Of a stretch of DNA of 64,000 nucleotides, positions 23,221 through 32,700 are shown piece by piece. Source of the stretch: Kofleriaceae bacterium (GTDB taxonomy: Bacteria; Myxococcota_A; Polyangia; Haliangiales; Haliangiaceae); the NCBI GenBank assembly GCA_965215005.1, contig CBDCCZ010000017.1:28221-92220 (forward strand), in the 5' to 3' direction. Position 1 is the first letter of the stretch; every line of letters begins with the position of its first letter. The position numbers were made by a program, and so were the translations under genes. The notes under the pieces are model-generated. The model saw nothing but the letters and a program-made list of their open reading frames with translations, did no database searches and was not told the DNA's origin.

Positions 23221-26200
23221 ATGACGAAGGGCACCGAAGAGGAGGAGGAGAGCTCGCGGCTGTGGGGGGCGGACGGTCGATTCGCTCTGCTCGGCCCGCT
23301 GGGGGCCGGCGGCATGGGCGTGGTCTACGAGATTTATGACCGCTCTCGCGACATGCGACTCGCCGTCAAGAAGCTCCGACGTCCGACGCCGCGGGGGCTA
23401 CTGCGGTTCAAAGACGAGTTCCGCGCGCTGCGCGACGTGCGCCATCCAAACCTCGTCGTGCTCGGTGATCTCATCGAAGATCGCGGCAACTGGTACTTCA
23501 CCATGGAGGTCGTCGATGGCGTCGACTTCATGACCTTCGTGCGCCCGCCTACGCAGGCGAGGGAGGAGGGCATGGCCTGGCCGGAGCTCACCGCGACGGT
23601 GACGCGTCACGTGCCCATGGCTCGCGGTGATGCCGAGACCTTGGCAGAGCCCGAGCTCACCAAAGCAACCATCGACGAAAGCAGCGATGGCCGGTCTGCT
23701 CCAACCTCGCTCACCAACGACGGTGAGCTCGATGAGCAACGGCTGCGCCACGCGCTGGCGCAGCTGGCACTTGGTGTGGCGGCGCTCCATTCGGCCGGTA
23801 AAGTCCATCGCGACCTCAAGCCTTCCAACATTTTAGTCGAGAGGAGCGGCCGCCTGGTGATCCTCGACTTCGGGGTAGCGGCCAGCATGGAACGCAGCGA
23901 AGGGCGTGACCAGCGTGTCGGAACCATCGCCTACATGGCTCCAGAACAAGCCGGCGGCTACGCTCTCAGCCCTGCTGCTGACTGGTACGCGGTCGGAATT
24001 CTGATCTATCGCGCGATTACTGGCCGGCTGCCGTTTTCGGGCGCGCCCGATGGGGTTCTCGCAGCCAAACGCCGCCGACTCCCACCGTCACCGCGCGACG
24101 TTCATCCGACCCTGCCGGCGAGTCTCGATGACCTTGCCGAGCTATCGATGGCGCTCCTGGCACCGGAGCCCGTGCATCGTCCGGCTGCGGCCGAAATTCT
24201 GGCTCGCCTCGATGCCAAGAGCGACACGCCGAGCTCGCAGGCCGATGGCTCGATATTCATCGGCCGCGACGAAGAGCTGGCGCGGCTGCATCGAGCCCTC
24301 GCCTCCAGCCAACGCGGCTCGCTCGAATGCGTCGTGGTCGAGGGTGAGTCCGGGGTGGGTAAGAGCACGACGGTCGCGGCGTTTGCTGCATCGGTCATCG
24401 CGAGGGCTGAGCGCGCGCGGCAACCGCCGCCGCTCATCCTGCGCGGTCGGTGTCACGAACGCGAAGCGGTACCGTACAAGGCATTCGATGGCGTCATCGA
24501 CGATCTCGCTCGTCATCTCGCCGAACGCGACCAGGAGCTGCCTCTGGACGGAGCGCAGCTAGCAGCGCTCCTGCGCACCTTCCCCGCCCTGGGTATCGCC
24601 TTCGCCAGCAGCACCGTGCAGCCGCTGGCCAATGATCGCAGCAGCATTCGATCGCTGGCGTTTTCCGCTCTCATCGAGCTCTTGCGACGAGTCGCCGCCA
24701 GCGTTCCAACGCTGGTGATGATCGACGACTTGCAATGGGCCGATCTCGATAGCCTCGCGCTGCTGCGCGAGCTCCTAGACGCCAGCCCGCCGCCGGCGTT
24801 GTTACTCTTGGTGACCGCGCGGCGCACCCCGGAAGCGGCGATTGCACTGGCTCATCTCCATCGCTCCGTCGAGCGCATCTCGTTGCAGGGCTTACCGGGA
24901 GCTGACGCGGTGCTTCTGGCGCGTGCACTGCGCGGACCACGACCGCCAATTGCCGAAGCGATCCTGCGCCAGCTCGTCACCGAAGCCGATGGCCATCCCA
25001 TGTTCTTGGCCGAGCTTGTCCGTCAAATCGAGCTCGAAGCGCCGGTGAGATTGACGCTCGACGAGGCGCTGCGCGCCCGCGTGGCCCGATTAACCGATGC
25101 TCAGCAGCGGCTGATGGCGTACGTGGCCGTGGCCGGCGCGCCGGTTCCGCACCGCGCCATCGCCTTCGCGGCCGCCGTACATCCGGAGGAATATGCGCGG
25201 GAAATCGATATCCTTCGAAGCGATCATCTCGTGCGCATTCGAGGCGCTGGCCAAGACGATCTGATCGAGCCATATCACGACCGACTTCGCGAAGCGCTCT
25301 ATGATGGCCTCGATGCCGCTGAGCGGCAGCGCATGCACGCGATGCTCGGCGAGTCGCTCGAGGCTGCCGGATGTAGCTCGGAGCTTCTCGTCGATCACTT
25401 CGCACGCGGCGGCGAGCTCGGTCGCGCCGCTACCCATGCGATTGCCGCAGGCGCCATCGCCCACAAGCAAAACGCCTTTGAGCGGGCTGCTGACTTCTAT
25501 CGCATGGCACTGCGCTCAGAAACGCTGGCGACGTCGGACATCATCGTCGTAACCACGTCACTCGGCGAGTCGCTGCAGAACGCCGGCCGAGGCCGTGAAG
25601 CAGCCGAGGCGTTTGCCGCGGCTGCACGACTGATCGTGGACGATGACGCCCGCCGCCTCGACCTCGAGCGCCGCTCCGCCGAGCAGCTGCTGATGGGCGG
25701 CTACGTAGTCGCCGGGAAAGCCGCCGCAGCGCGGGTGCTCGCCGGGATCAATCTGCCACTGCTACCGCCGACCACGACAACCCTGCTGCGCCTACTCACG
25801 CAGCTGGCGCGTTTTCGCCTCGGCAAGCTGCGCTGGCACCCGCGGGCGGCCTCGGAGTGTCCGCCAGAAAAGCTTCGGCGCGTGGATACCTTCTGGACTC
25901 TCGGCGCCGGCCTGTGCCTTGTGGACACCGTCTGCGGCATGTACTACGCCGCGCGAGGACTTCGCGAAGCACTTCCCGCGGGCGAACCGTTTCGGCTTGC
26001 CCGCGCCAGCACGACCGTGTCGGTCGTAGCCTCCGCGCTCGATCAGGGGCCGCTCGCACGGCGGTTGAAGGCGCTTTCGGCCGATGCCGCCAAAGCGGAT
26101 GGAACATCCATCGTTTCCTTCTATCCCGAAGTCGCCACGGTGGTGTACGAGTTCTTGCACGAGCAGGCTTGGGAAAGGGCGAGGACGCAGGCAGAGAGCG

Positions 26201-27033
26201 CGTTGAACTGTTGGAAGCGCGCGGGGATGGGGCGCGGATTCGAGTCTGATTTCGCAACTCAGTTTCTTACGTGGAGCCTGGCGATGCAAGGCAACATCAC
26301 CCGCGAGCGCAACACGGTTGCACCCTTGGTGCGCGACGCTGCTCGCGCCGGCAATCGTTTCCTCGAGGTCGGGCTGCGCGTCTTCCACCATCAACCCGAG
26401 CTAGCCGCCGACCGTCCCGGCGAAGCTCGTCGCAACGTTCGTGACGCGATCGACGAGTGGCTCGATGAGCCAGGTTTTCAGCTCCCACATTGCTGGGCGG
26501 CATTCTCGCTGCGCAGCGTCGCCCTCTACGAGGGCCGGCTCGTCGATGACGAAGCAGACGCGGCGCTTTGGCAAACGCTTCGCAGCTCGGTCCTGCTCCA
26601 GATCGGCTACGTGCGTGCGCGAGCGCAGTGCGTCACCGCTCGCTTGCTCATCGCGCGCGCCCTCGAGCAGCAAAGCGCTGGCAACCCCAGTGAAGCGCGA
26701 GCACTGCTCGGACGCGCTCGGCGACTCGGCAAGCGACTGATGCGCTACCACGGCCCCGTGAGCAAGCTATGGGCGCAGATGGTGATGGCTGGGTGTCGCG
26801 CTGCCGCCGGTGACGAAGAAGGCGCTGCCGACATCCTGGCACCGTTGATCGATTCCTTCGATGCTGCGGGGTGCGAGCTGCACGCGGCGTGCACCCGGTA
26901 TCGGCTGGGGCACCTATGGGGCGGGGAGCGCGGCGGAGAGCTCATCGCCGCCGCCTCGAGCTGGCTGGCGCGCCAAGGTGTGGTTGCGCCAACGCGGCTC
27001 GTGGCGACGATTGCGCCGGGCTGGCGCGACTAG
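23221..27033 (+). CDS. Ser/Thr protein kinase fused to an AAA/STAND-type ATPase and helical repeats
   Basis: LGAGGMGVVY, AVK, HRDLKPSN, DFG, GTIAYMAPEQ; Walker A GESGVGKS, Walker B IDDLQWAD; GGAGG RBS before ATG 23221. Confidence 0.92.
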   Translation: MTKGTEEEEESSRLWGADGRFALLGPLGAGGMGVVYEIYDRSRDMRLAVKKLRRPTPRGLLRFKDEFRALRDVRHPNLVVLGDLIEDRGNWYFTMEVVDGVDFMTFVRPPTQAREEGMAWPELTATVTRHVPMARGDAETLAEPELTKATIDESSDGRSAPTSLTNDGELDEQRLRHALAQLALGVAALHSAGKVHRDLKPSNILVERSGRLVILDFGVAASMERSEGRDQRVGTIAYMAPEQAGGYALSPAADWYAVGILIYRAITGRLPFSGAPDGVLAAKRRRLPPSPRDVHPTLPASLDDLAELSMALLAPEPVHRPAAAEILARLDAKSDTPSSQADGSIFIGRDEELARLHRALASSQRGSLECVVVEGESGVGKSTTVAAFAASVIARAERARQPPPLILRGRCHEREAVPYKAFDGVIDDLARHLAERDQELPLDGAQLAALLRTFPALGIAFASSTVQPLANDRSSIRSLAFSALIELLRRVAASVPTLVMIDDLQWADLDSLALLRELLDASPPPALLLLVTARRTPEAAIALAHLHRSVERISLQGLPGADAVLLARALRGPRPPIAEAILRQLVTEADGHPMFLAELVRQIELEAPVRLTLDEALRARVARLTDAQQRLMAYVAVAGAPVPHRAIAFAAAVHPEEYAREIDILRSDHLVRIRGAGQDDLIEPYHDRLREALYDGLDAAERQRMHAMLGESLEAAGCSSELLVDHFARGGELGRAATHAIAAGAIAHKQNAFERAADFYRMALRSETLATSDIIVVTTSLGESLQNAGRGREAAEAFAAAARLIVDDDARRLDLERRSAEQLLMGGYVVAGKAAAARVLAGINLPLLPPTTTTLLRLLTQLARFRLGKLRWHPRAASECPPEKLRRVDTFWTLGAGLCLVDTVCGMYYAARGLREALPAGEPFRLARASTTVSVVASALDQGPLARRLKALSADAAKADGTSIVSFYPEVATVVYEFLHEQAWERARTQAESALNCWKRAGMGRGFESDFATQFLTWSLAMQGNITRERNTVAPLVRDAARAGNRFLEVGLRVFHHQPELAADRPGEARRNVRDAIDEWLDEPGFQLPHCWAAFSLRSVALYEGRLVDDEADAALWQTLRSSVLLQIGYVRARAQCVTARLLIARALEQQSAGNPSEARALLGRARRLGKRLMRYHGPVSKLWAQMVMAGCRAAAGDEEGAADILAPLIDSFDAAGCELHAACTRYRLGHLWGGERGGELIAAASSWLARQGVVAPTRLVATIAPGWRD

Positions 27034-27057
27034 CACGCCATAAAACCACGAGCGGGC

Positions 27058-29451
27058 TCAACGCGGGGCAGCGACAGCAATCCCCTCATCTCGCAGGTTC
27101 TGCACAAACGTGGCTCCGACGCTCGAGCCGCGCTTGTAGAACACCGCCGGCTCACCGATCGGCGCCTTGACCGTCACACGCTTGCCGCGGCTTGCGTCGC
27201 CATAGACCTTGCCGCTCCACAGATGCACCCACTGGCCCGCCGGCAGATACACCTCTTTATTGTAAGGGCACCACCAGGGCGTCCAACACTTGTTCTTGAT
27301 CGGCGCGACTAAGATCTCGCTACCGAGCAAGAACTGATCATCTACCGCCATCGCCTGCGGGTCGTTTGGATAGTGGAGCCAGAGATGCCGCACGACCGGC
27401 CATCCGCGCTCCTGGGCCTCCTGAAACAACAACCGGCGATAGAACCCAAGCGCGCGGTACACGCGCGTGAAGCGGGCGAAATGATCCATCCGCTGCTGAT
27501 CCGAGTACACCTGCGCATTCACGCCCGGCTGATTGCCCTCGTGAGTCCGCAGCATCGACGTGAAGGCATTCATTTCGGTCCAGCGGGCTAGCAGCTCGCC
27601 TTCGCGCTCATAGCCAAACATGCCATTCAGACTTAGTGAGGTGTAGCCGCCGGTGTCGGAGTGATTGAGCGCAATGCCAGAGAAACCGCCGTTTAGCAGA
27701 CCATGCAGCGCGCTCACCAGCCCGTCGTACTTGTCCCACGTCGTGAGCTGGTCACCTTCCCAGAGCAACATGCTGTAGGCCGGCGACCGAGCGGCACCGG
27801 CTCGGTTGAAAATAAGGACATCTCCGAGCGCTCCGGCTTCCTCGATCGCCTCGCGATTCAAACGTGCCCACTCGACCGGGTACTGATTGTGGTACGTCGC
27901 CGCGTCCACGCCAGAGGCGAGCTGGGCATCGAACGGTAGCGCCTCGGCGAAGTCGGCCATCCACCCGCTACAGCCCGCTTCGGAAATCATTTCATCGACC
28001 AAGACTGCCTTCATCCACTCGCGCGCGGCTTCGTTGGTGAAATCGATCAAGCCAACATCGAAGGCAGTCACCGCTAAGCGATACGGCTCGCCCTCGGCGT
28101 TCTTGACGAGGTAATCGCCGGCGACAGCCTCTTGAAAGAGATTGCGCCGCACCGGTCCCGCATCATCAGGTACGTCCACGAGCATGGAGTTGACGTAGCA
28201 GAGCGTGCGGATGCCCTGCGCTTGCAGCCGGCTCACCCAGCCCTTCCAGTCGGGGTGGAAGTTGGGGTTCTGCACCCAGTTCCAAAGAACCTGCTCGCCA
28301 ATATGAGTGTAAGCCTTGCCCGACCAGGTTTGATTCCAGACCGCGGCAATCGCTGCGCCGCGGCTGCGCAGCTGAGCAACTAGCTCCTCGCCCTCATCGA
28401 GGTCGCGCGCCAACGCGATCACCGCGCCGTCGTGCACCCACTCGGGCAGCGGAGGCATGCGACCCGCCCACTCCGTGAAGCGCTCGATGAGCTCCATGGG
28501 GCTGTTACCAGCGAGGATACGGCCGTGCATCACCGGCGCCTGGAGACGAATCTCGGTGACGTCGTCGGCGCGAAAATCGAAGACGGCGTACTCGGTGTCC
28601 TCGAGGAACAAAGACCGCAAGTGGCTCGTCAAGTAGTGAGGCGCCGCGTAATAGGTGGTGCGCTCGTCGCCCGAAGAGCCCGGCGAGACGAGATTGATCG
28701 CCTGACTGATGGGCGTGTGGCCGCGGCCAACGCCGCCCTCTTGCGAGAGAATCGGAATTTCGCTTCCCTTCAAGTCGAGCGAGTCGTGGGGAAACTGCTC
28801 GCCGAGGCCGAGAATTCGCTCGTCAGCCTCCGAGGCGGCACGCAGCGTCACCCGATTGTAACGGTCATCGCTCGACGAGACGCGAAACGCCAGGTGGCCA
28901 GAGCCTGCCTGGCACAGCTCGACGCGCCAGGTCACCGCAGCACAACCGGCTTCGTCGAAGCTACCGGCCAATATCAGCGCCTTGCCATCGGAGCGAACCT
29001 CGCCCAGTCGCGCCGCCTGGCACTGCGACTCCACCGTCTCGTCAACCGTGAACGACCCCTGCCCTTCCTCGACCTCGAAATCGACGTGGGCGAGACTTAC
29101 CAGCGCGCGGTCGGCCGGCGAAGCAAATAGCGAGCGATTGGGTGCGCGCGGATGCGTGACGTCGAGGCCGCCGTTGTCGTCGATGGTGACCACGAAGTCA
29201 CCCACCCCAAAGGTTCCCTGCGCAGCTACCTGCGCCACAGCAGTAGGATCGGCAGCGAAGCACGTGGTGCCAAACAGGCTGCCGCCGGGGTCGGGCGAAT
29301 CGTCGACGGGGGGCACCTCAGCGCGGTCGCCGATTCCGGCGCCGTCGCCGAGCTCGTCTGCGGGCTGAGAGCAACCGCTCACGGAGACGCAGACCAGGCC
29401 GAGCCCAAGAAGGATGCGTGGCGGCAGCGGCGCCAGACGGTGAGTTCCCAT
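27058..29451 (-). CDS. GH31 alpha-glucosidase lipoprotein (YihQ/sulfoquinovosidase-like branch)
   Basis: Lipobox VSGC; GWMADFAE nucleophile, WEGDQ acid/base, HSDTGGY, RTHEGN, DQFLLG. Confidence 0.9.
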   Translation of the reverse strand: MGTHRLAPLPPRILLGLGLVCVSVSGCSQPADELGDGAGIGDRAEVPPVDDSPDPGGSLFGTTCFAADPTAVAQVAAQGTFGVGDFVVTIDDNGGLDVTHPRAPNRSLFASPADRALVSLAHVDFEVEEGQGSFTVDETVESQCQAARLGEVRSDGKALILAGSFDEAGCAAVTWRVELCQAGSGHLAFRVSSSDDRYNRVTLRAASEADERILGLGEQFPHDSLDLKGSEIPILSQEGGVGRGHTPISQAINLVSPGSSGDERTTYYAAPHYLTSHLRSLFLEDTEYAVFDFRADDVTEIRLQAPVMHGRILAGNSPMELIERFTEWAGRMPPLPEWVHDGAVIALARDLDEGEELVAQLRSRGAAIAAVWNQTWSGKAYTHIGEQVLWNWVQNPNFHPDWKGWVSRLQAQGIRTLCYVNSMLVDVPDDAGPVRRNLFQEAVAGDYLVKNAEGEPYRLAVTAFDVGLIDFTNEAAREWMKAVLVDEMISEAGCSGWMADFAEALPFDAQLASGVDAATYHNQYPVEWARLNREAIEEAGALGDVLIFNRAGAARSPAYSMLLWEGDQLTTWDKYDGLVSALHGLLNGGFSGIALNHSDTGGYTSLSLNGMFGYEREGELLARWTEMNAFTSMLRTHEGNQPGVNAQVYSDQQRMDHFARFTRVYRALGFYRRLLFQEAQERGWPVVRHLWLHYPNDPQAMAVDDQFLLGSEILVAPIKNKCWTPWWCPYNKEVYLPAGQWVHLWSGKVYGDASRGKRVTVKAPIGEPAVFYKRGSSVGATFVQNLRDEGIAVAAPR

Positions 29452-29612
29452 GAGCGACTCCTCGGAAAGGGTTCCGCCGTGGCAGAAAACCTACCAACGA
29501 CGCCATGACCCTACATGGGCGGCTGGGTAATTTCGGTAATGGTGAACAGGGTACACCCCCAAGACCATCTTTCGTTCGAAAGAATGCCTTTCCTGAGCAT
29601 GCTCATCAATTG

Positions 29613-29726
29613 AAAAAGACCCGCTGCACGAAGCAGCGGGTCTTTACGAGAAAGAAAAAGGCCCGCAGCACGAAGCAGCGGGCCTTTGCGAGGAAGGAGA
29701 GCTCCGCAGCGAAGACTGCGGAGCTC
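29613..29726 (-). terminator. Three tandem hairpins (intrinsic terminator cluster) downstream of the repeat lipoprotein
   Basis: Minus strand: GAGCTCCGCAG-TCTTCG-CTGCGGAGCTC; AAAGGCCCGCTGC-TTCGT-GCTGCGGGCCTTT-TTCTTT; AAAGACCCGCTGC-TTCGT-GCAGCGGGTCTTT-TT. Confidence 0.85.
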
Positions 29727-29737
29727 GTGCGAGGGGA

Positions 29738-32700
29738 TCAGTCGTTGTCGGTGTTGACGACCTCGACCTGGAAGTTCGGCAGTGCCGCGTAATCGGCATC
29801 CGCACTCGTCGAGGAATTCCCGATGATCAGGTAGGTCTGGTTGCCGTCTGCAGCGCCGTCGTCGACTCCGGTGATGGTCACCGTCTGCGAGACGTTCCAA
29901 TTTCCCGGCGTGAAGTTCAGAGTCATCGGGCTGACCGTCCCCTCCGACGTGTTCGAGGAGCTCAGGGCGATGGTGACGTTCCCCGCCGGCTGCGCGTTGA
30001 GCACCACCTCGAACGTGTCGGTGCCATTGGCTTCACTGGTGATGAGGCCATCGCGCGGCGTCGCCAGGACACCAGCAGTCTCGTCATCGAGATTGGTGCC
30101 CTCCACGGTACCGCCAATCAGTCCATTGTAGGCATCGCCGCCGCCAGCCATGGCCGCCTCTAGGCGAACCAGGTACGTCTGATCACCATCGACGAGCGCA
30201 TCGTTGACGCCGGTGACGATGACCGTCTGCGGCGTGTTCCAGTTGGCCATGGTGAACACCAGGTTGGCGACGTTGAGCGACGCTTCCGACGGATCGCTCA
30301 CCGTCAGCGGGATCGTCACATTGCCAGTTGGCTGCGAGGTGAGCACGACGCTGAAGCTATCGGTCACCGACCCCGACTCGTTGGTGACCAGCCCGCGACG
30401 ACGCGACACCAAGATGCCCGCGGTCTCGTCGTCGATGTTGGTGATTTCGACGTCGTTGACGTTGAGGCCGTTGTACTGCATGTCGCCACTCATGGTGGTT
30501 CCAGTGACCACCGTGAACACCTGATTGCCGTCGGCAACGTCGTCATCGAGACCCGTGACACTCACGAACTGTGGCGCGTTCCAATTTGCTGGCGTGAAGA
30601 CCACCGGCGAAGCACCACCCAGCGTTGCTTCCGAAGCATCGGAAACGGTCAGCGGAATGGTCACGTTGGCACTGGGGCGCGACCGCAACACGATCGAGAA
30701 GGTCGCCGAGACGGTCCCATCCTCGGTCACCACCAAGCCATCGGTGGGGTCGACGAACACGCCAGCAGTTTCGTTGTCGGCATTGGTCACGACCACGTTT
30801 GGCGGATCCATGCCGTTGTAGCCCGCATCGCCACTCATCGCCGGGGCGAGAACGACGGTGAAGGTCTGCGGCCCATCGGCCACGTCGTCATCGACGCCGG
30901 TGACCGTCACGGTTTGGAAGGCATTCCAGTTTTGCGGCGTGAACACGAGGCTCGTCGGCGCAGCCGTTCCCTCGCCGGTGTCATTGCTGCTCACCGGAAC
31001 CGTCACGTTGGCGGTGGGCTCGGAGGTGAGCCGCACGCGGAAGGTGTCCGTGCCGCCACGCTCGGTGGTGTTCAAGCCGCCCAGTGGCGTCACTTCGAAA
31101 CCGGCGGTCTCATCGTCGACGTTGGTGAGTGTGACGTCGTCGGCGTTGAAGCCGCTATAGCCAGCGTCGGTCGAAACCGCCGCCCCGGTGCGAATGAAGT
31201 AGACCTGATCACCGTCGGCGACGTCATCATTGCGCCCATCGACCGTCACGTTCTGTGGCGCATTCCAGTTCGCCGGCGTGAACACCAGCTGCATGACCTG
31301 CGGCACACCTTCGGTGGTGTCGCTGCTGGTGATGGGAATGGTCACGTTGGCAGTGGGCTCCGAGGTGAGCACCACGCTGAAGGTCGCGCTGCCGCCAAGC
31401 TCGCTGGTGGTGAGCCCCATCGTTGGGTCGACCACCACACCGGCGGTGTCGTTGTCGGTCACCCGCACTGTCACGCCCGGCACGACGAGATCGTCGTACG
31501 GAGCGCTGGTGCTTTGCGTCCGACCACCAACCACAGTGATCGGCGCGTTGTCGGCGATATCATCATCGAGGCCCGTCACGGTCACCTGCTGGAACGAACG
31601 CCAGTTCAGTGGCGTGAAGGTGAGCGTGGTCGGATTGATGCTGATCTCTTCGCCGTCCGGCGGGTTGAGGGTGAGATTTATCGTCACGTTGGCGGTCGGA
31701 CGAGCGTTGAGCCGGTAGGCGATCTGCTGGGTGGTGCCGGTCTCTGAAACCGTCACCGACCTCGGGGTGACCGTGATGCCGGGAGTCTCGTCATCGATGT
31801 TGCGTACCCGCACATCGCGCGGATTGAGGCCCGCGTAGCTCATGTCCATGCTGGTCGCAGCGGCCGTGACGATGTTGTAGATGACGTTGCCGTCGGCATC
31901 CATGTCGTTCACACCGGTTACCGTCACCGTCTGCGGCGCGTTCCAGTTGGCCATGGTGAAGGTCAAGCTCGCCGGCGCAACGGTGCCCTCGGTGGTGTCA
32001 TCGCTCGACAACGCGACGGTGACATTGGCAGACGGCTGCGAGGTGAGGCGCATCGTGAAGGTGGCGGTGCCGCCAGCTTCCGTGGTTTCGAGCGTCTCCG
32101 TGGCGGCTGGCGTGATCGCGAAGCCCGCGGTCTCGTTGTCCACGTTGGTGACCTCGACGCTGGCGATGACGATTCCGTCGTAGTCGTCGTCGGCGCTGGC
32201 CGCGCTCAGCGTCACTTGATAGACCTGCGGCCCGTCGGCGATGTCGTCGTCGACCGGGGTTACGGTCACGACCTGCGGGGCAGCGAAGTTCGCGGGGGTG
32301 AAGGTGAGCGTCGTCGGCGTCACCGTGCCCTCGCTGGTGTCGCCGCTGGTGACCGTGACGACGACATCAGCGGTCGGCGCGGTGTTGAGGCTCACGCTGA
32401 AGGTCGCTTGCGGCCCTTGCTCGGCGGTCTGCACCTCGGTGACGTTGAGAAGCACGCCAGCATCGATGTCTTCATTGATGACGTTGACGTCGGCGGGGTT
32501 GATCCCTGCGTAATTGGCGTCATCGCTCGTGGCCGCCGCCGTGATGATGGTGTACCGCTGGTTGCCGTCGACCAGGTCATCGGCAACGCCGGTGACCGTC
32601 ACCATTTGCGGAGCCGCCCAGTTGACCGGCGTGAACGTCAACATATCTGGTGCGACCGTGCCTTCGTCGGGGTCCGAGCTGCTGAGAGCGATCATGACGT

